Source: Desulfobulbus propionicus DSM 2032
GTDB lineage: Bacteria; Desulfobacterota; Desulfobulbia; Desulfobulbales; Desulfobulbaceae
Direction of reading: 5' to 3'
Assembly (NCBI RefSeq): GCF_000186885.1
Contig: NC_014972.1
Coordinates: forward strand, 1,620,001 to 1,652,000
DNA length: 32,000 nt
The notes under the pieces: model-generated
What the model saw: only the letters and a program-made list of their open reading frames with translations
Database searches by the model: none
Told to the model about the DNA's origin: nothing
Position numbers and translations under genes: made by a program
Shown: in pieces, positions 1-9,918 of the stretch
Position numbering within the stretch: the stretch's first letter is position 1
Layout: each line of letters opens with the position of its first letter

Positions 1-1260
1 ATCGTACTCGCGAATCGCGGTCTGCGCTACCTGGCATAGTTCCTTGAGAATGAAATCGCCGATCTGGTGTCCGTTGACGTCGTTGAATTTCTTGAAGTGG
101 TCGATGTCCGCCAACAAAAGGGAGAGCGGCGCATGATTGCGGATGGCCCGATTGATTTCCGAGTGAAGGGAATGATGGAAAAAACGATGGTTGCTGATCT
201 CGGTCAACCCGTCGAGGTTGGCCAGCTTTTCCAGCAGGCGGTTCCGCTCGGTCAACTGCCGTCGTATCTGTTCCAGCGCGGTCTTGGCCTGGGTCAGTTC
301 GCGGTGCATCGCTTCATAACTGAGATGAAGCAAGCTGAGTCGGATATTGGCCTCCTGGATGATCTCGGCCACCGGTCGCAACGAGGTGATGTTCACCCCA
401 AAAAAGCGGGCTGATTTTTCGATTTCCCGGTTGATGATCTTGAGGATGGTCTTGATTTTCACGTCTTCCAGGCCGAGCAGCCGATGGGCGTGGTCCACAA
501 ACTGGCGGTGAAATCGCTCGGGATGAACGGAAAAGAAAATCCTGGTGACCAGCGCGGACAAGTGAGTGATTTTAATGGCCAGATCCTCTTTCGGATCCGT
601 ACCGGGGTAGGCAAGGGGATCGTGATGGTAGCGGATGGCGGCTAGAATGGGGGAGGGGAGTGCCCATAAACGGCCAATTTCAGCGCCAGAGATGGTGTGT
701 GTCAGGCCAATATATTCTTCTTCCAAGGAAAGTTCGCACACCTCGGCTGAACCAGCCGTCAGGTGCTGTGTTAGCCGGTCGTAACGCCTGGGGATTGTGA
801 GCGCGAAGATTAAACAACCGATATCCTGCAGCAAACCAATGGTAAACATTTCCTCGGGGTCCATCCGCCCGGTCTGTTCGGCAAGCAGGCGAGCGGCTGT
901 CGCGCCAACCAGCGAGCGTTCCCAGAATTGATTGAGATCAAACCGATCGTGGGACTGTGCCTCTCCCATGGAGAGAAAAGTGAAACTCAGGACCAGGCTG
1001 CGCACCGCGTTGATCCCCAGCAGGGAGACAGCTTGACTGATCGAGCCGATCTTTTGCGGAAAACAATACAAGGCGGAATTGGCGACCTTGAGAATTCTGG
1101 CTGAAAGTGCCATGTCCTGGGCGATGAGGGTTGTCAGGTCAGGAAAAGAAATGTCGTCCTGTGAGGTAACTTCGAGGACCTTGGCGGCAACAGCTGGAAG
1201 TGTCGGCAGCGAGGCGGAGGAGAGAATCGCGTTAAGCGCTTTGTTGAGTGGCGTGGACAT
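1..1260 (-). CDS. HDOD domain + C-terminal GGDEF domain signalling protein (partial, C-terminus beyond window)
   Basis: Reverse-strand translation from ATG at 1260: MSTPLNKALNAILSSASLPTLPAVAAKVLEVTSQDDISFPDLTTLIAQDMALSARILKVANSALYCFPQKIGSISQAVSLLG (HDOD-like), later LANLDGLTEISNHRFFHHSLHSEINRAIRNHAPLSLLLADIDHFKKFNDVNGHQIGDFILKELCQVAQ (GGDEF N-terminal half). The ORF track omits it because it runs off the edge. Confidence 0.88.
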   Translation of the reverse strand, partial: MSTPLNKALNAILSSASLPTLPAVAAKVLEVTSQDDISFPDLTTLIAQDMALSARILKVANSALYCFPQKIGSISQAVSLLGINAVRSLVLSFTFLSMGEAQSHDRFDLNQFWERSLVGATAARLLAEQTGRMDPEEMFTIGLLQDIGCLIFALTIPRRYDRLTQHLTAGSAEVCELSLEEEYIGLTHTISGAEIGRLWALPSPILAAIRYHHDPLAYPGTDPKEDLAIKITHLSALVTRIFFSVHPERFHRQFVDHAHRLLGLEDVKIKTILKIINREIEKSARFFGVNITSLRPVAEIIQEANIRLSLLHLSYEAMHRELTQAKTALEQIRRQLTERNRLLEKLANLDGLTEISNHRFFHHSLHSEINRAIRNHAPLSLLLADIDHFKKFNDVNGHQIGDFILKELCQVAQTAIREYD

Positions 1261-1628
1261 GACCGATGCTGTCGTTCGTGCGAGTCGGAATGGACAGGGT
1301 GGTAGCCTAACGAGAAAAAAGATTTTTTTATATCACGCCGTTCCCTGATTTGCTTCTCTCTTTTTGATGGCAGCCGCATTTAATCAAAACCGAACAGGAA
1401 TCATGGCGAAGGAATGCTGAAGGAACGCAATTATCGAGGAAACCTGTCATGGCCGGTAACGCCTTGTGAGACATGCGAAAAAAAGAGTGTTGCTGGGTAA
1501 CGAGACAGGTTGGGGTGAAAGGAGGGGATGAAAAAAATCGACATGAAAAATCAACGGACTGCCAACAAAAACCAAGAAAATGGGAGAGCTGGTAAACAAA
1601 AGTCTTGCGAAGGCTGCTTGAATTTGTC

Positions 1629-1657
1629 TTGACACTCTAATTGTTTGCTGGTATTTG
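1629..1657 (+). promoter_or_regulatory. candidate sigma70-type promoter upstream of tRNA-Val/thrS
   Basis: TTGACA (1629-1634), 17-nt spacer, TATTTG (1652-1657); about 56 nt upstream of tRNA-Val. Weak -10. Confidence 0.35.
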
Positions 1658-1713
1658 ACTTGCGGTTTTCAGCGGTATGCTGTATAAAAGCCATTCCAAA
1701 CATCAAATGATGT

Positions 1714-1788
1714 AGGCGCGTAGCTCAGTGGGAGAGCGCTACCTTGACGTGGTAGATGTCGTCGGTTCGACCCCGTCCGCGCCTACCA
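1714..1788 (+). tRNA. tRNA-Val (anticodon GAC), CCA encoded
   Basis: AGGCGCG-TA-GCTC...GAGC-G-CTACC-TTGACGT-GGTAG...GTCGG-TTCGACC-CCGTC-CGCGCCT-A-CCA cloverleaf; anticodon loop TTGACGT. Confidence 0.93.
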
Positions 1789-1849
1789 ATTTTTCAAAGG
1801 CTAGGATGCAGATTTATCTGCTCATTAGCCTTTCCTTTTTACAGGCACG

Positions 1850-3775
1850 ATGGCAGAGATATCGGTTTCCTTACAAGACGGTGAAAATAAGTCGTTTCCG
1901 CTGGGGACAGCAGTCGCGGATGTGCTCAAGGATCTGGTTTCCGGTAAGCAGCGCAAGCAGACCGTGGCGGTGAAGTGCGACGGTCGTCTGCTGGATTTAT
2001 CGACACCTCTGGCGATGGATGCGGTCATCGAACCGGTATCTGTGCACTCGGAAGCAGGTCTGGAAATTCTGCGCCATTCCACAGCTCATATCATGGCCTT
2101 GGCGGTCAAGGAGCTGTTTGGCGATCAGGTGAAAGTGGCCATCGGCCCGGCGATTGAAGACGGGTTTTACTACGATTTTGATCGGGAAAAGCCTTTTTCC
2201 TCCGAAGAATTCGAGCAGATAGAAGCCAAGATGGCGGAGCTGGCCAACGCTCGTCTCCCTTTTGTCCGGCAAGAGATGCCCAAGGAAGAGGCAATCCGTT
2301 TTTTTGAGCAGCACGGCGAAATTTACAAACTCGAACTGCTGCGGGAGATGGAAGCGGAAACCGTCAGTCTGTACACCCATGGTGGTTTCGTCGATCTGTG
2401 CCGCGGCCCCCATGTTCCGGATTCTTCCTGGATCAAAGTGTTCAAGCTGTTGCGGGTGGCAGGGTCGTATTGGCGGGGCGATGAGAAACGGCAGATGTTG
2501 ACCCGCATCTATGGGACTGCCTTTGCGGACAAGAAAGAGCTGCAACAGTATCTTGCCCGGCTGGAGGAGGCCCGTAAGCGCGACCATCGCAAGCTGGGCA
2601 AGCAGTTGGGATTGTTTACCATTCAAGACCAGATCGGTCCGGGGTTGATCCTCTGGCAGCCGCGTGGCGCCCTTCTTCGCCGGCTGATCGAGGATTACTG
2701 GAAGGATGAGCACTACCGAAACGGCTACCAGTTGCTCTATACCCCGCACATTGCCCGCCAGGATCTGTGGAAAACCTCGGGACATCTTGATTTCTACGGC
2801 GAAAACATGTATTCCGCCATGGAGATCGACGAGGTGATGTATCAGTTGAAGCCAATGAATTGTCCGTTTCACATTGGCGTCTACAATGCCGACAAGCACA
2901 GTTACCGGGAGTTTCCCATTCGCTGGTGCGAGTTGGGCACGGTTTATCGCTACGAACGGACCGGTGCGCTGCATGGCCTGATGCGGGTACGTGGTTTTAC
3001 CCAAGACGACGCGCACATATTCTGCCGTCCCGATCAGTTGGAAGAAGAGATATTTAACATCATTGATCTTAACTTGCATATTCTCAAGACGTTTGGGTTT
3101 GATCAATATGATGTCTATCTTTCCACCCGGCCCGAAAAGTACGTCGGTTCGGATGAGCACTGGCAGTTGTCGACCCAGGCGTTGAAGCAGGCCCTTGAGA
3201 AAAAAGGGTTGGCGTATCAGCTGGATCCGGGAGAGGGGGTTTTCTATGGCCCCAAGATCGATATCAAGATCAAGGATCAGCTGGGACGGTCGTGGCAATG
3301 CTCCACCATTCAGGTTGACTTCAATCTGCCAGAACGATTTCAGATGAACTATACCGGCGTTGATGGCGCTGAGCATCAGCCGATCATGATCCATCGAGCT
3401 TTGATGGGGTCGCTTGAGCGCTTTATCGGGGTGCTGATCGAGCACTACGCAGGTGCCTTTCCCCTTTGGCTCGCTCCGGAACAGGCGCGGATAATGAATA
3501 TTACCGATGACCAGGGCGAATACTGCGAACAGGTGCATGCCCGGTTGCGGGCCATGGGCGTGCGTATTGACAAGGATGTGCGCAACGAAAAGTTGAATTA
3601 CAAAATTCGTGAAGCTCAGCTGATGAAAGTCCCCTACATGTTGATTGTCGGCGAGCGTGAGAAGCAAGAAGGCACGGTTACGGTGCGAAAGAGAGATGGA
3701 GAAAATTTGCCGGCCATGACGCCGGAAGCATTCGTTGATCTCGTTATTGAGGAATGCGGACGTCGTCACGTCTGA
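1850..3775 (+). CDS. thrS: threonyl-tRNA synthetase
   Basis: 641-aa ORF with TGS domain and class II motifs (GYQLLYTPHIARQDLWKTSGHLDFY, MNCPFHIGVY, RYERTGALHGLMRVRGFTQDDAHIF, HRALMGSLERFIGVLIEHYAGAFPLWLAP); conserved upstream of infC. Confidence 0.98.
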   Translation: MAEISVSLQDGENKSFPLGTAVADVLKDLVSGKQRKQTVAVKCDGRLLDLSTPLAMDAVIEPVSVHSEAGLEILRHSTAHIMALAVKELFGDQVKVAIGPAIEDGFYYDFDREKPFSSEEFEQIEAKMAELANARLPFVRQEMPKEEAIRFFEQHGEIYKLELLREMEAETVSLYTHGGFVDLCRGPHVPDSSWIKVFKLLRVAGSYWRGDEKRQMLTRIYGTAFADKKELQQYLARLEEARKRDHRKLGKQLGLFTIQDQIGPGLILWQPRGALLRRLIEDYWKDEHYRNGYQLLYTPHIARQDLWKTSGHLDFYGENMYSAMEIDEVMYQLKPMNCPFHIGVYNADKHSYREFPIRWCELGTVYRYERTGALHGLMRVRGFTQDDAHIFCRPDQLEEEIFNIIDLNLHILKTFGFDQYDVYLSTRPEKYVGSDEHWQLSTQALKQALEKKGLAYQLDPGEGVFYGPKIDIKIKDQLGRSWQCSTIQVDFNLPERFQMNYTGVDGAEHQPIMIHRALMGSLERFIGVLIEHYAGAFPLWLAPEQARIMNITDDQGEYCEQVHARLRAMGVRIDKDVRNEKLNYKIREAQLMKVPYMLIVGEREKQEGTVTVRKRDGENLPAMTPEAFVDLVIEECGRRHV

Positions 3776-3803
3776 ACACAACACTACAACTGGAGGAACG
3801 AAC

Positions 3804-4352
3804 ATTAAAAAACGAGGCATTCGAAAACCTTCCACTCAGCAGGATCTGAAAATCAAAATCAACGAAGATATCGATTACCGGGAAATTCGACTCGTTGATT
3901 CCGATGGAACACAACGCGGTATCGTCAGCACCAAAGTCGCTTTGGAGGCGGCCCAGGAGCAGGGCCTTGATTTGGTCGAAGTTTCCGATAAGGCTGATCC
4001 GCCTGTGTGCCGGATCATGAATTTTGACAAGTTCCGTTACGAGCTGAAAAAGAAACAGCAGGAAGCCAAGAAAAAACAGACCGTAATTGAAACCAGAGAA
4101 ATCAAGTTTAGGCCTAAAACCGAAGAACACGATTTGAATTTCAAGATACGTAAAATCAAGGAATTCCTGGCGGAAAAAAATAAAGTTAAGGTGACCATGC
4201 GTTTCCGCGGCCGCGAAATTGTCTATGCCCAGACCATAGGACTTGACGCGCTGACAAAAATCGCTGATACGTTGCGTGAAGATTGCGTGATCATTCAGGA
4301 ACCCAAAATGGAAGGTCGGCAGCTCGTTATGTTTGTCGGTCCCAAAGCCTAA
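3804..4352 (+). CDS. infC: translation initiation factor IF-3, probable ATT start
   Basis: IF-3 sequence (KINEDIDYREIRLVDSDGTQRGIVSTKVALEAAQEQGLDLVEVSDKADPPVCRIMNFDKFRYELKKKQQEAKKKQ); GGAGG Shine-Dalgarno at 3792-3796 seven nt before in-frame ATT at 3804. The supplied start at 3735 overlaps thrS. Confidence 0.93.
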   Translation: MKKRGIRKPSTQQDLKIKINEDIDYREIRLVDSDGTQRGIVSTKVALEAAQEQGLDLVEVSDKADPPVCRIMNFDKFRYELKKKQQEAKKKQTVIETREIKFRPKTEEHDLNFKIRKIKEFLAEKNKVKVTMRFRGREIVYAQTIGLDALTKIADTLREDCVIIQEPKMEGRQLVMFVGPKA

Positions 4353-4425
4353 AGGTGCAATTCGTTATTCAATAACTACATTCCGGCCAGATGTTGGACC
4401 GGGGAAGATGTAAGGAGCGTGTACC

Positions 4426-4623
4426 ATGCCGAAAATGAAAACCAACCGAGGGGCTGCCAAGCGGTTTAAGGCTACCGGTGGCGGACGGATCCGCCGCGCC
4501 AAGGCCTTTGCCTCTCACATATTGACCAAGAAATCAACCAAGCGGAAACGTAACCTGCGAAAATCCGCCTTGATTGCCGAAGTGGACACCAAAGCCGTAC
4601 GGCGGATGTTGCCATACATGTAA
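4426..4623 (+). CDS. rpmI: 50S ribosomal protein L35
   Basis: [46 protein letters not shown]; infC-rpmI-rplT order. Confidence 0.97.
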   Translation: MPKMKTNRGAAKRFKATGGGRIRRAKAFASHILTKKSTKRKRNLRKSALIAEVDTKAVRRMLPYM

Positions 4624-4727
4624 GAGACGTAACGGTCTGAGCGGGATGCTCAGGCTCTGCCATCACCATCGGGAGAGTTCCGCCATTTCAGGCGGTCTTT
4701 CTTTTCTTTGCTAGAACGGAGAAGACA

Positions 4728-5081
4728 ATGCCTCGTGTAACACGCGGTTTCAAAGCACGCCGCAGAAGAAATAAAGTACTGACTCTGGCCAAAGGTTTTC
4801 GTGGCGGTAAGCACCGGTTGTTCAAGACCGCCGCTGAAGCGGTTGATCGTGCCTTGTGCTACGCGTACCGGGACCGCCGCGTAAAAAAACGGGAGTTTCG
4901 TCAGCTATGGATCGCCCGCATTAACGCGGCCGCCAAGCAGAACGGCACCAGCTACAGCCGACTGATCAATGGATTGAGCAAGAATTCGATCGAACTTGAT
5001 CGCAAGGTGCTTTCCAACCTGGCCATCGTTGATCCCAACGCCTTTTCAGCAGTGGTCAAGGCCTCCGGGCAGGCCTCCTGA
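4728..5081 (+). CDS. rplT: 50S ribosomal protein L20
   Basis: [68 protein letters not shown]. Confidence 0.97.
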   Translation: MPRVTRGFKARRRRNKVLTLAKGFRGGKHRLFKTAAEAVDRALCYAYRDRRVKKREFRQLWIARINAAAKQNGTSYSRLINGLSKNSIELDRKVLSNLAIVDPNAFSAVVKASGQAS

Positions 5082-5097
5082 ACACGGTTGAAAGTGT

Positions 5098-6111
5098 ATG
5101 GAAAGCGAGCTGCTCAGGCTCAAGCAGGAGGCCGAAGAGGCTTTGGGGCGGATTGATGATCTGGCCCAGCTTGAAACCTTTAGAGTTACCTATCTCGGAA
5201 GAAAAGGCGGTCTGCTCAGCGGTGCCTTGCGGCAACTGGGGAGCGTGGCCGCTGATGAGCGCCCTCGGCTCGGCCAATTGGCCAATGCCATCAAGCAGGA
5301 GATCGAAGACCGGTTCGAGACACTTAAGGCCCAGTTTCAGGCCTCGGCGCTGACACGGGCCGGCGGGGAAGTGGATCTCAGCTTGCCCGGTCGCTATCTG
5401 CCGTTTGGTAAACTGCATCCAGTCACCCAAGTCATGGAGGAAATCTGCTCGATTTTCGAAGGGTTGGGGTTTGCGGTGGCTGAAGGACCGGATGTGGAAA
5501 GCGATTACTATAATTTCGAAGCGCTCAACATCCCCAAACATCATCCAGCCCGTGACATGCATGACACCTTTTATGTCACGGATTCAATTCTCCTGCGTAC
5601 CCATACCTCACCCATGCAGGCAAGGATCATGGAGCAACAGGAACCACCGTTGCGTTACATCGCACCTGGCAAGGTGTATCGGTGCGATTCGGATATCACC
5701 CATACCCCTATGTTTCATCAAGTGGAAGGCTTTCTGGTCGATAGGGAGGTTTCCTTTGCCGATTTGAAAGGGGTGCTGACCAGCTTTACTCACAAGATGT
5801 TCGAGCGGGAACTTGCCTTGCGTTTCCGTCCCAGTTTTTTTCCCTTCACCGAACCCAGTGCTGAGGTTGACATTGCCTGCGTGATCTGTGGCGGCAAAGG
5901 ATGTCGGGTTTGCAAACGCACGGGATGGCTCGAAATTCTTGGGTCCGGCCTTATTGACCCCGAGGTGTTGAAGATGGTGGGGTACGATCCTGATCTCTAT
6001 TCCGGATTCGCTTTTGGTCTCGGCGTTGAACGGATAGCCATGCTCAAATATGGCATTGACGATATCCGTTTGTATTACGAAAACGACCTCCGGTTTCTCT
6101 CCCAGTTTTAG
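5098..6111 (+). CDS. pheS: phenylalanyl-tRNA synthetase alpha subunit
   Basis: 337 aa; [59 protein letters not shown]. Confidence 0.98.
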   Translation: MESELLRLKQEAEEALGRIDDLAQLETFRVTYLGRKGGLLSGALRQLGSVAADERPRLGQLANAIKQEIEDRFETLKAQFQASALTRAGGEVDLSLPGRYLPFGKLHPVTQVMEEICSIFEGLGFAVAEGPDVESDYYNFEALNIPKHHPARDMHDTFYVTDSILLRTHTSPMQARIMEQQEPPLRYIAPGKVYRCDSDITHTPMFHQVEGFLVDREVSFADLKGVLTSFTHKMFERELALRFRPSFFPFTEPSAEVDIACVICGGKGCRVCKRTGWLEILGSGLIDPEVLKMVGYDPDLYSGFAFGLGVERIAMLKYGIDDIRLYYENDLRFLSQF

Positions 6112-6344
6112 AACGCCGCCTTTTCGTTCCTTGCACAAGACCGTCCGCTCCATCTCGTGCGAGGGATGATTCCGACATGGTACCTGCAAGCCGAATCGCT
6201 TGCCGCGCTCCAGCGGTCGACGACCTCACGAGAGGCCGAAAAGGAAGGAGCGCCTCCCGCTTCTTCCTTGATCGGCCTAATTTGGGAAGCGGCAGGTGTC
6301 GAACACAACATTTATCATGATGAGCTGTTGCTGATAGGATCGTT

Positions 6345-8792
6345 ATGAAATTCACGCTGAGTTGGCTGAATCAATTCATTTCCACCGCAGGAATGACTTC
6401 GGCGCAGATAGCCGACCAATTAACCATGCTCGGGCTTGAGGTTGACAGTGTCGAAGAGTTGTCTGCACACCTCGCCCCGATCACTGTGGCCCGGGTAACC
6501 GAGGTCAGCCAACATCCCGATGCCGATAAATTAACGGTATGTGTTGTCGATACCGGCGAGGAGATCGTCCAGGTGGTGTGTGGTGCGCCCAATGTCCGGC
6601 CTGGGATGTTCACCGCCATCGCCAAGCCCGGCGTCAAGCTTCCCGACGGTACCAAAATAAAAAAATCCAAGGTCCGGGGCGTTGTTTCCGCTGGAATGCT
6701 CTGTTCGGCGCGTGAGTTGGGCTTGAACGACGATCATAGCGGCATCCTCGACTTGCAGGGACCGTTTGCTCCGGGGCTGCCACTGGTGGAAGCGCTCGAT
6801 CTTCGCGATACAGTGATCGAGGTCGATCTGACACCGAATCGCCCTGATTGCGCCAGCGTTCGCGGCATTGCCCGTGAAGTCGGCAGTTTCACTGGGGGCG
6901 TCTTGAAGCCGCTCGTCGCCCAAGTAACCCCATTAACCGGAAAGAATATCGATTTTGAAGTGATCATCGATGATCCGACCTTGTGCCCTCGATATACCGC
7001 CCGAAAATTGATCAATGTTACTATCGGACCTTCTCCTCGCTGGATGCAGCAACGGCTCAGTGCCGTGGGGATGCGGCCGATCAACAACATCGTTGATATC
7101 ACCAACTACGTGATGCTCGAGTCCGGGCAGCCGATGCACGCCTTTGATTTCGCTACGTTGCGGGACAGCAAGATCATTGTCCGTCGGCCAACCGTGCAAG
7201 AGACGAGCATCACCACCCTCGACGGCAGTCAACGGCAGCTTGACCCAGACATGTTGCTCATCTGCGATGGCCAGGGCCCCATCGCGGTGGCCGGAGTCAT
7301 GGGAGGATTGGATACAGAAATCACTGACCGTACCACCACTATCCTGCTTGAGTCCGCCTGTTTCAATCCCGTGTCCATACGGCGCACTGCTCGCAAATTG
7401 GGAATTCCATCCGAGTCTTCCTATCGATTTGAACGAGGGGTCGACCCGAACCTCGCGGATATCGCCCTGGAACGGGCTGTGGAGTTGATGGTCGAATATG
7501 CCGGCGCCCAGGCGGATCCGGACGGTATCGATGTCTATCCAGGAAAAAAACCTTTGTTGACCCTGCAACTGCGCGTCAACCGGGTGTGCGGGTTGCTGGG
7601 CATGGAGCTGAATCGCGACCAGGTTGCGGATTATTTGCGATCCATTGAGTTTGCTGTCACCGCACTGGATGAGGCGACCCTGGAAGTTGTGGTTCCAAGC
7701 TTCCGGATCGATATCGAGCGTGAAGTGGACCTGATTGAAGAAGTCGCCCGATTGGTCGGGTACAATTCCATACCCACCGCATTGCCGCTCATTCGGATGG
7801 ACTATCCCAAACGGGATGACCTGCGTGCCTTGCGGCAGGATATTGCCCGTATTCTCACCGCACAAGGCTTTTTTGAGGCAATCAACTACAGCTTTGTCAG
7901 TGAACATCATTTGGATATCTGCCGCCTTGCCGAAAACGACGCCCGGCGACAGGTGACCCGGCTTCTCAATCCGCTCTCGGAGGAACAGGCGGTCATGCGA
8001 TCCATGCTTCTTCCCGGATTGCTTGAGAATGTTCGCCGCAATATCAATTTCCAGTGTCCCGACATTCGATTGTTTGAAACGGGCAAGATTTTCTTGCAGC
8101 AACAACCTAATGCGTTGCCCGAGGAACGATTGTATCTTTGCGCGGTCATGAGCGGGCAGCGTTATCCCAAGGCTGAACCGTTCTACCATGCCAACCAGGA
8201 AATCGATTTCTTTGATGTCAAGGGTGCAGCCGCCAACCTGTTGCAGGTGCTGCGCATGACCGGAAATGATCAGGCACCATTGTTCCGACAAGTCGCTGAA
8301 TTGACGCAACCGTATAGTGACCCCGGCTGTTCGGTAGCGATTATGGATGGCGACATCGTGATCGGATCCGTGGGCCGCGTGCACCCAGAGACTCTCAAAG
8401 GCTTTGCAATCAAACAGCCTGTCTATTTTTTGGAGATTGATCTCCAGCATCTGATGAACCTAAACAGAGTGCCGAAACAGTTCAAGACGTTGCCCAAATT
8501 TCCTTCAGTCAAGCGCGATGCCAGTCTTGTCGTGCCGGACCATGTCCCGGCTGGAGAGTTACTCGTGGCAATCCGAACTCAGCGGCAGAAATATCTTGAG
8601 TCAGCCGAGATCTTTGATGTATATCGTGGCAAACCGATCCAGGCAGGATATAAGAGCGTCTCCCTTTCTTTCACCTATCGTTCGGAGACGGCCACGCTGG
8701 ATGATCAATCGGTTGATAAAATTCACGATAAATTGATGAAATTATTAATGGCAGATTTCAATGCCTGTTATCGCCAAGGATTTGATGCATGA
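6345..8792 (+). CDS. pheT: phenylalanyl-tRNA synthetase beta subunit
   Basis: 815 aa; MKFTLSWLNQFI..., GVVSAGMLCSARELGL, DLTPNRPDCASVRGIAREV, C-terminal ferredoxin-fold anticodon-binding region. Confidence 0.98.
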   Translation: MKFTLSWLNQFISTAGMTSAQIADQLTMLGLEVDSVEELSAHLAPITVARVTEVSQHPDADKLTVCVVDTGEEIVQVVCGAPNVRPGMFTAIAKPGVKLPDGTKIKKSKVRGVVSAGMLCSARELGLNDDHSGILDLQGPFAPGLPLVEALDLRDTVIEVDLTPNRPDCASVRGIAREVGSFTGGVLKPLVAQVTPLTGKNIDFEVIIDDPTLCPRYTARKLINVTIGPSPRWMQQRLSAVGMRPINNIVDITNYVMLESGQPMHAFDFATLRDSKIIVRRPTVQETSITTLDGSQRQLDPDMLLICDGQGPIAVAGVMGGLDTEITDRTTTILLESACFNPVSIRRTARKLGIPSESSYRFERGVDPNLADIALERAVELMVEYAGAQADPDGIDVYPGKKPLLTLQLRVNRVCGLLGMELNRDQVADYLRSIEFAVTALDEATLEVVVPSFRIDIEREVDLIEEVARLVGYNSIPTALPLIRMDYPKRDDLRALRQDIARILTAQGFFEAINYSFVSEHHLDICRLAENDARRQVTRLLNPLSEEQAVMRSMLLPGLLENVRRNINFQCPDIRLFETGKIFLQQQPNALPEERLYLCAVMSGQRYPKAEPFYHANQEIDFFDVKGAAANLLQVLRMTGNDQAPLFRQVAELTQPYSDPGCSVAIMDGDIVIGSVGRVHPETLKGFAIKQPVYFLEIDLQHLMNLNRVPKQFKTLPKFPSVKRDASLVVPDHVPAGELLVAIRTQRQKYLESAEIFDVYRGKPIQAGYKSVSLSFTYRSETATLDDQSVDKIHDKLMKLLMADFNACYRQGFDA

Positions 8793-9079
8793 AGAAGAAG
8801 AACGTGACCCGCAAGGAACTGGCCATATCCGTGAATGAAAAATTGGGTGTATCCCAGCGGAATGCTGCCGAAATCGTCGATACCGTGTTCGCGATCATGA
8901 AGACCACAATGGTAGCTGGAGAATCGATCAAACTGGTGCAATTCGGCACACTGACGGTTCGGGATAAATCGCCCCGCCGTGGCCGTAATCCACGAACCGG
9001 CGAGTCGATGACCATCACCAAACGACAGATGGTTTCTTTTCGTCCGAGTAAGCGGTTGCGCGAACGGCTCAACAAGTGA
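8789..9079 (+). CDS. ihfA: integration host factor alpha subunit (HU/IHF family)
   Basis: MKKKNVTRKELAISVNEKLGVSQRNAAEIVDTVFAIMK...RDKSPRRGRNPRTGESMTITKRQMVSFRPSKRLRERLNK; 4-nt ATGA overlap with pheT. Confidence 0.92.
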   Translation: MKKKNVTRKELAISVNEKLGVSQRNAAEIVDTVFAIMKTTMVAGESIKLVQFGTLTVRDKSPRRGRNPRTGESMTITKRQMVSFRPSKRLRERLNK

Positions 9080-9165
9080 AAGCCAATTTGACCTCATCGA
9101 GGCACTGTTTTATACTGTTAGCAACGGGGTGACTTCGTTCAGATAACTCTGCTCTGCGTTGACGA

Positions 9166-9570
9166 TTGAATGTGAAACGATCGGCTTCAGTTTCAGCCAA
9201 GATACCGGATAAAGTTTATTTCCGAATCGGCGAAGTCAGCCAATTGGTTGGAGTTGATCCCCATGTATTGCGCTACTGGGAAACCGAGTTTTCACTCATC
9301 AAACCTTTTCGCGGGAAATCCAAACAGAGACTGTATCGCCGGCAAGATGTGGAAAATTTGCTCCACATTAAAGCGTTGCTCCATGAACAAGGGTATACGA
9401 TTTCTGGAGCGCGAAGGCATCTTGCCCAAACAGACTATTCTTACCCTCTTCAATCCTCGTGCATAGATCAGGAGCCTGCCTCTCGCGATACGGACATATA
9501 CCCCCTACTTTTGTTGATGAAGACAGAACTGCGGGAACTTTTGACTTTGCTCGGGCCGGTAAAAGACTAG
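9166..9570 (+). CDS. MerR-family transcriptional regulator
   Basis: [69 protein letters not shown], a MerR-type winged HTH. Confidence 0.88.
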   Translation: MNVKRSASVSAKIPDKVYFRIGEVSQLVGVDPHVLRYWETEFSLIKPFRGKSKQRLYRRQDVENLLHIKALLHEQGYTISGARRHLAQTDYSYPLQSSCIDQEPASRDTDIYPLLLLMKTELRELLTLLGPVKD

Positions 9571-9629
9571 ATTTGCAACTAAAGGTTGACAGCTGTAAGG
9601 GTAGGTGCTAAAAACACCGCACATTTTCT

Positions 9630-9706
9630 CGGAACGTAGCGCAGTCTGGTAGCGCACCTGAATGGGGTTCAGGGGGCCGGAGGTTCAAATCCTCTCGTTC
9701 CGACCA
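9630..9706 (+). tRNA. tRNA-Pro (anticodon GGG), CCA encoded
   Basis: CGGAACG-TA-GCGC...GCGC-A-CCTGA-ATGGGGT-TCAGG...GGAGG-TTCAAAT-CCTCT-CGTTCCG-A-CCA. Confidence 0.95.
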
Positions 9707-9716
9707 GTAAAATCAA

Positions 9717-9755
9717 GGGGTTAGATGCTTTTTCGAGCGTCTAACCCCTTTTTTT
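9717..9755 (+). terminator. rho-independent terminator after tRNA-Pro
   Basis: GGGGTTAGA...TCTAACCCC perfect 9-bp stem followed by a run of T. Confidence 0.88.
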
Positions 9756-9918
9756 ATACCCACCCCTGTGTTTTCAATGGCTCCAGCCGATTCCCATGTT
9801 TAACATGCTGTTTTAACGCATCATTTTTTCAAGTTGCACTCATTTTTAATCGTTGTATATCGTTGGTTATCGTTTCCTGTGCACGGAAATTTACACTCAA
9901 ATTTACACACGAAAAACG

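Noticed and set aside
67-414. 115-aa plus-strand ORF at the left edge
   Set aside because: Antisense to the GGDEF-domain coding sequence on the minus strand.
3735-3803. infC start at 3735 as given in the ORF track
   Set aside because: Overlaps the thrS 3' end and adds residues not matching IF-3; SD-spaced ATT at 3804 fits better.
1997-3835. 612-aa minus-strand ORF opposite thrS
   Set aside because: Shadow ORF antisense to an unmistakable thrS; no recognisable domain.
6933-8450. 505-aa minus-strand ORF opposite pheT
   Set aside because: Antisense shadow of pheT.
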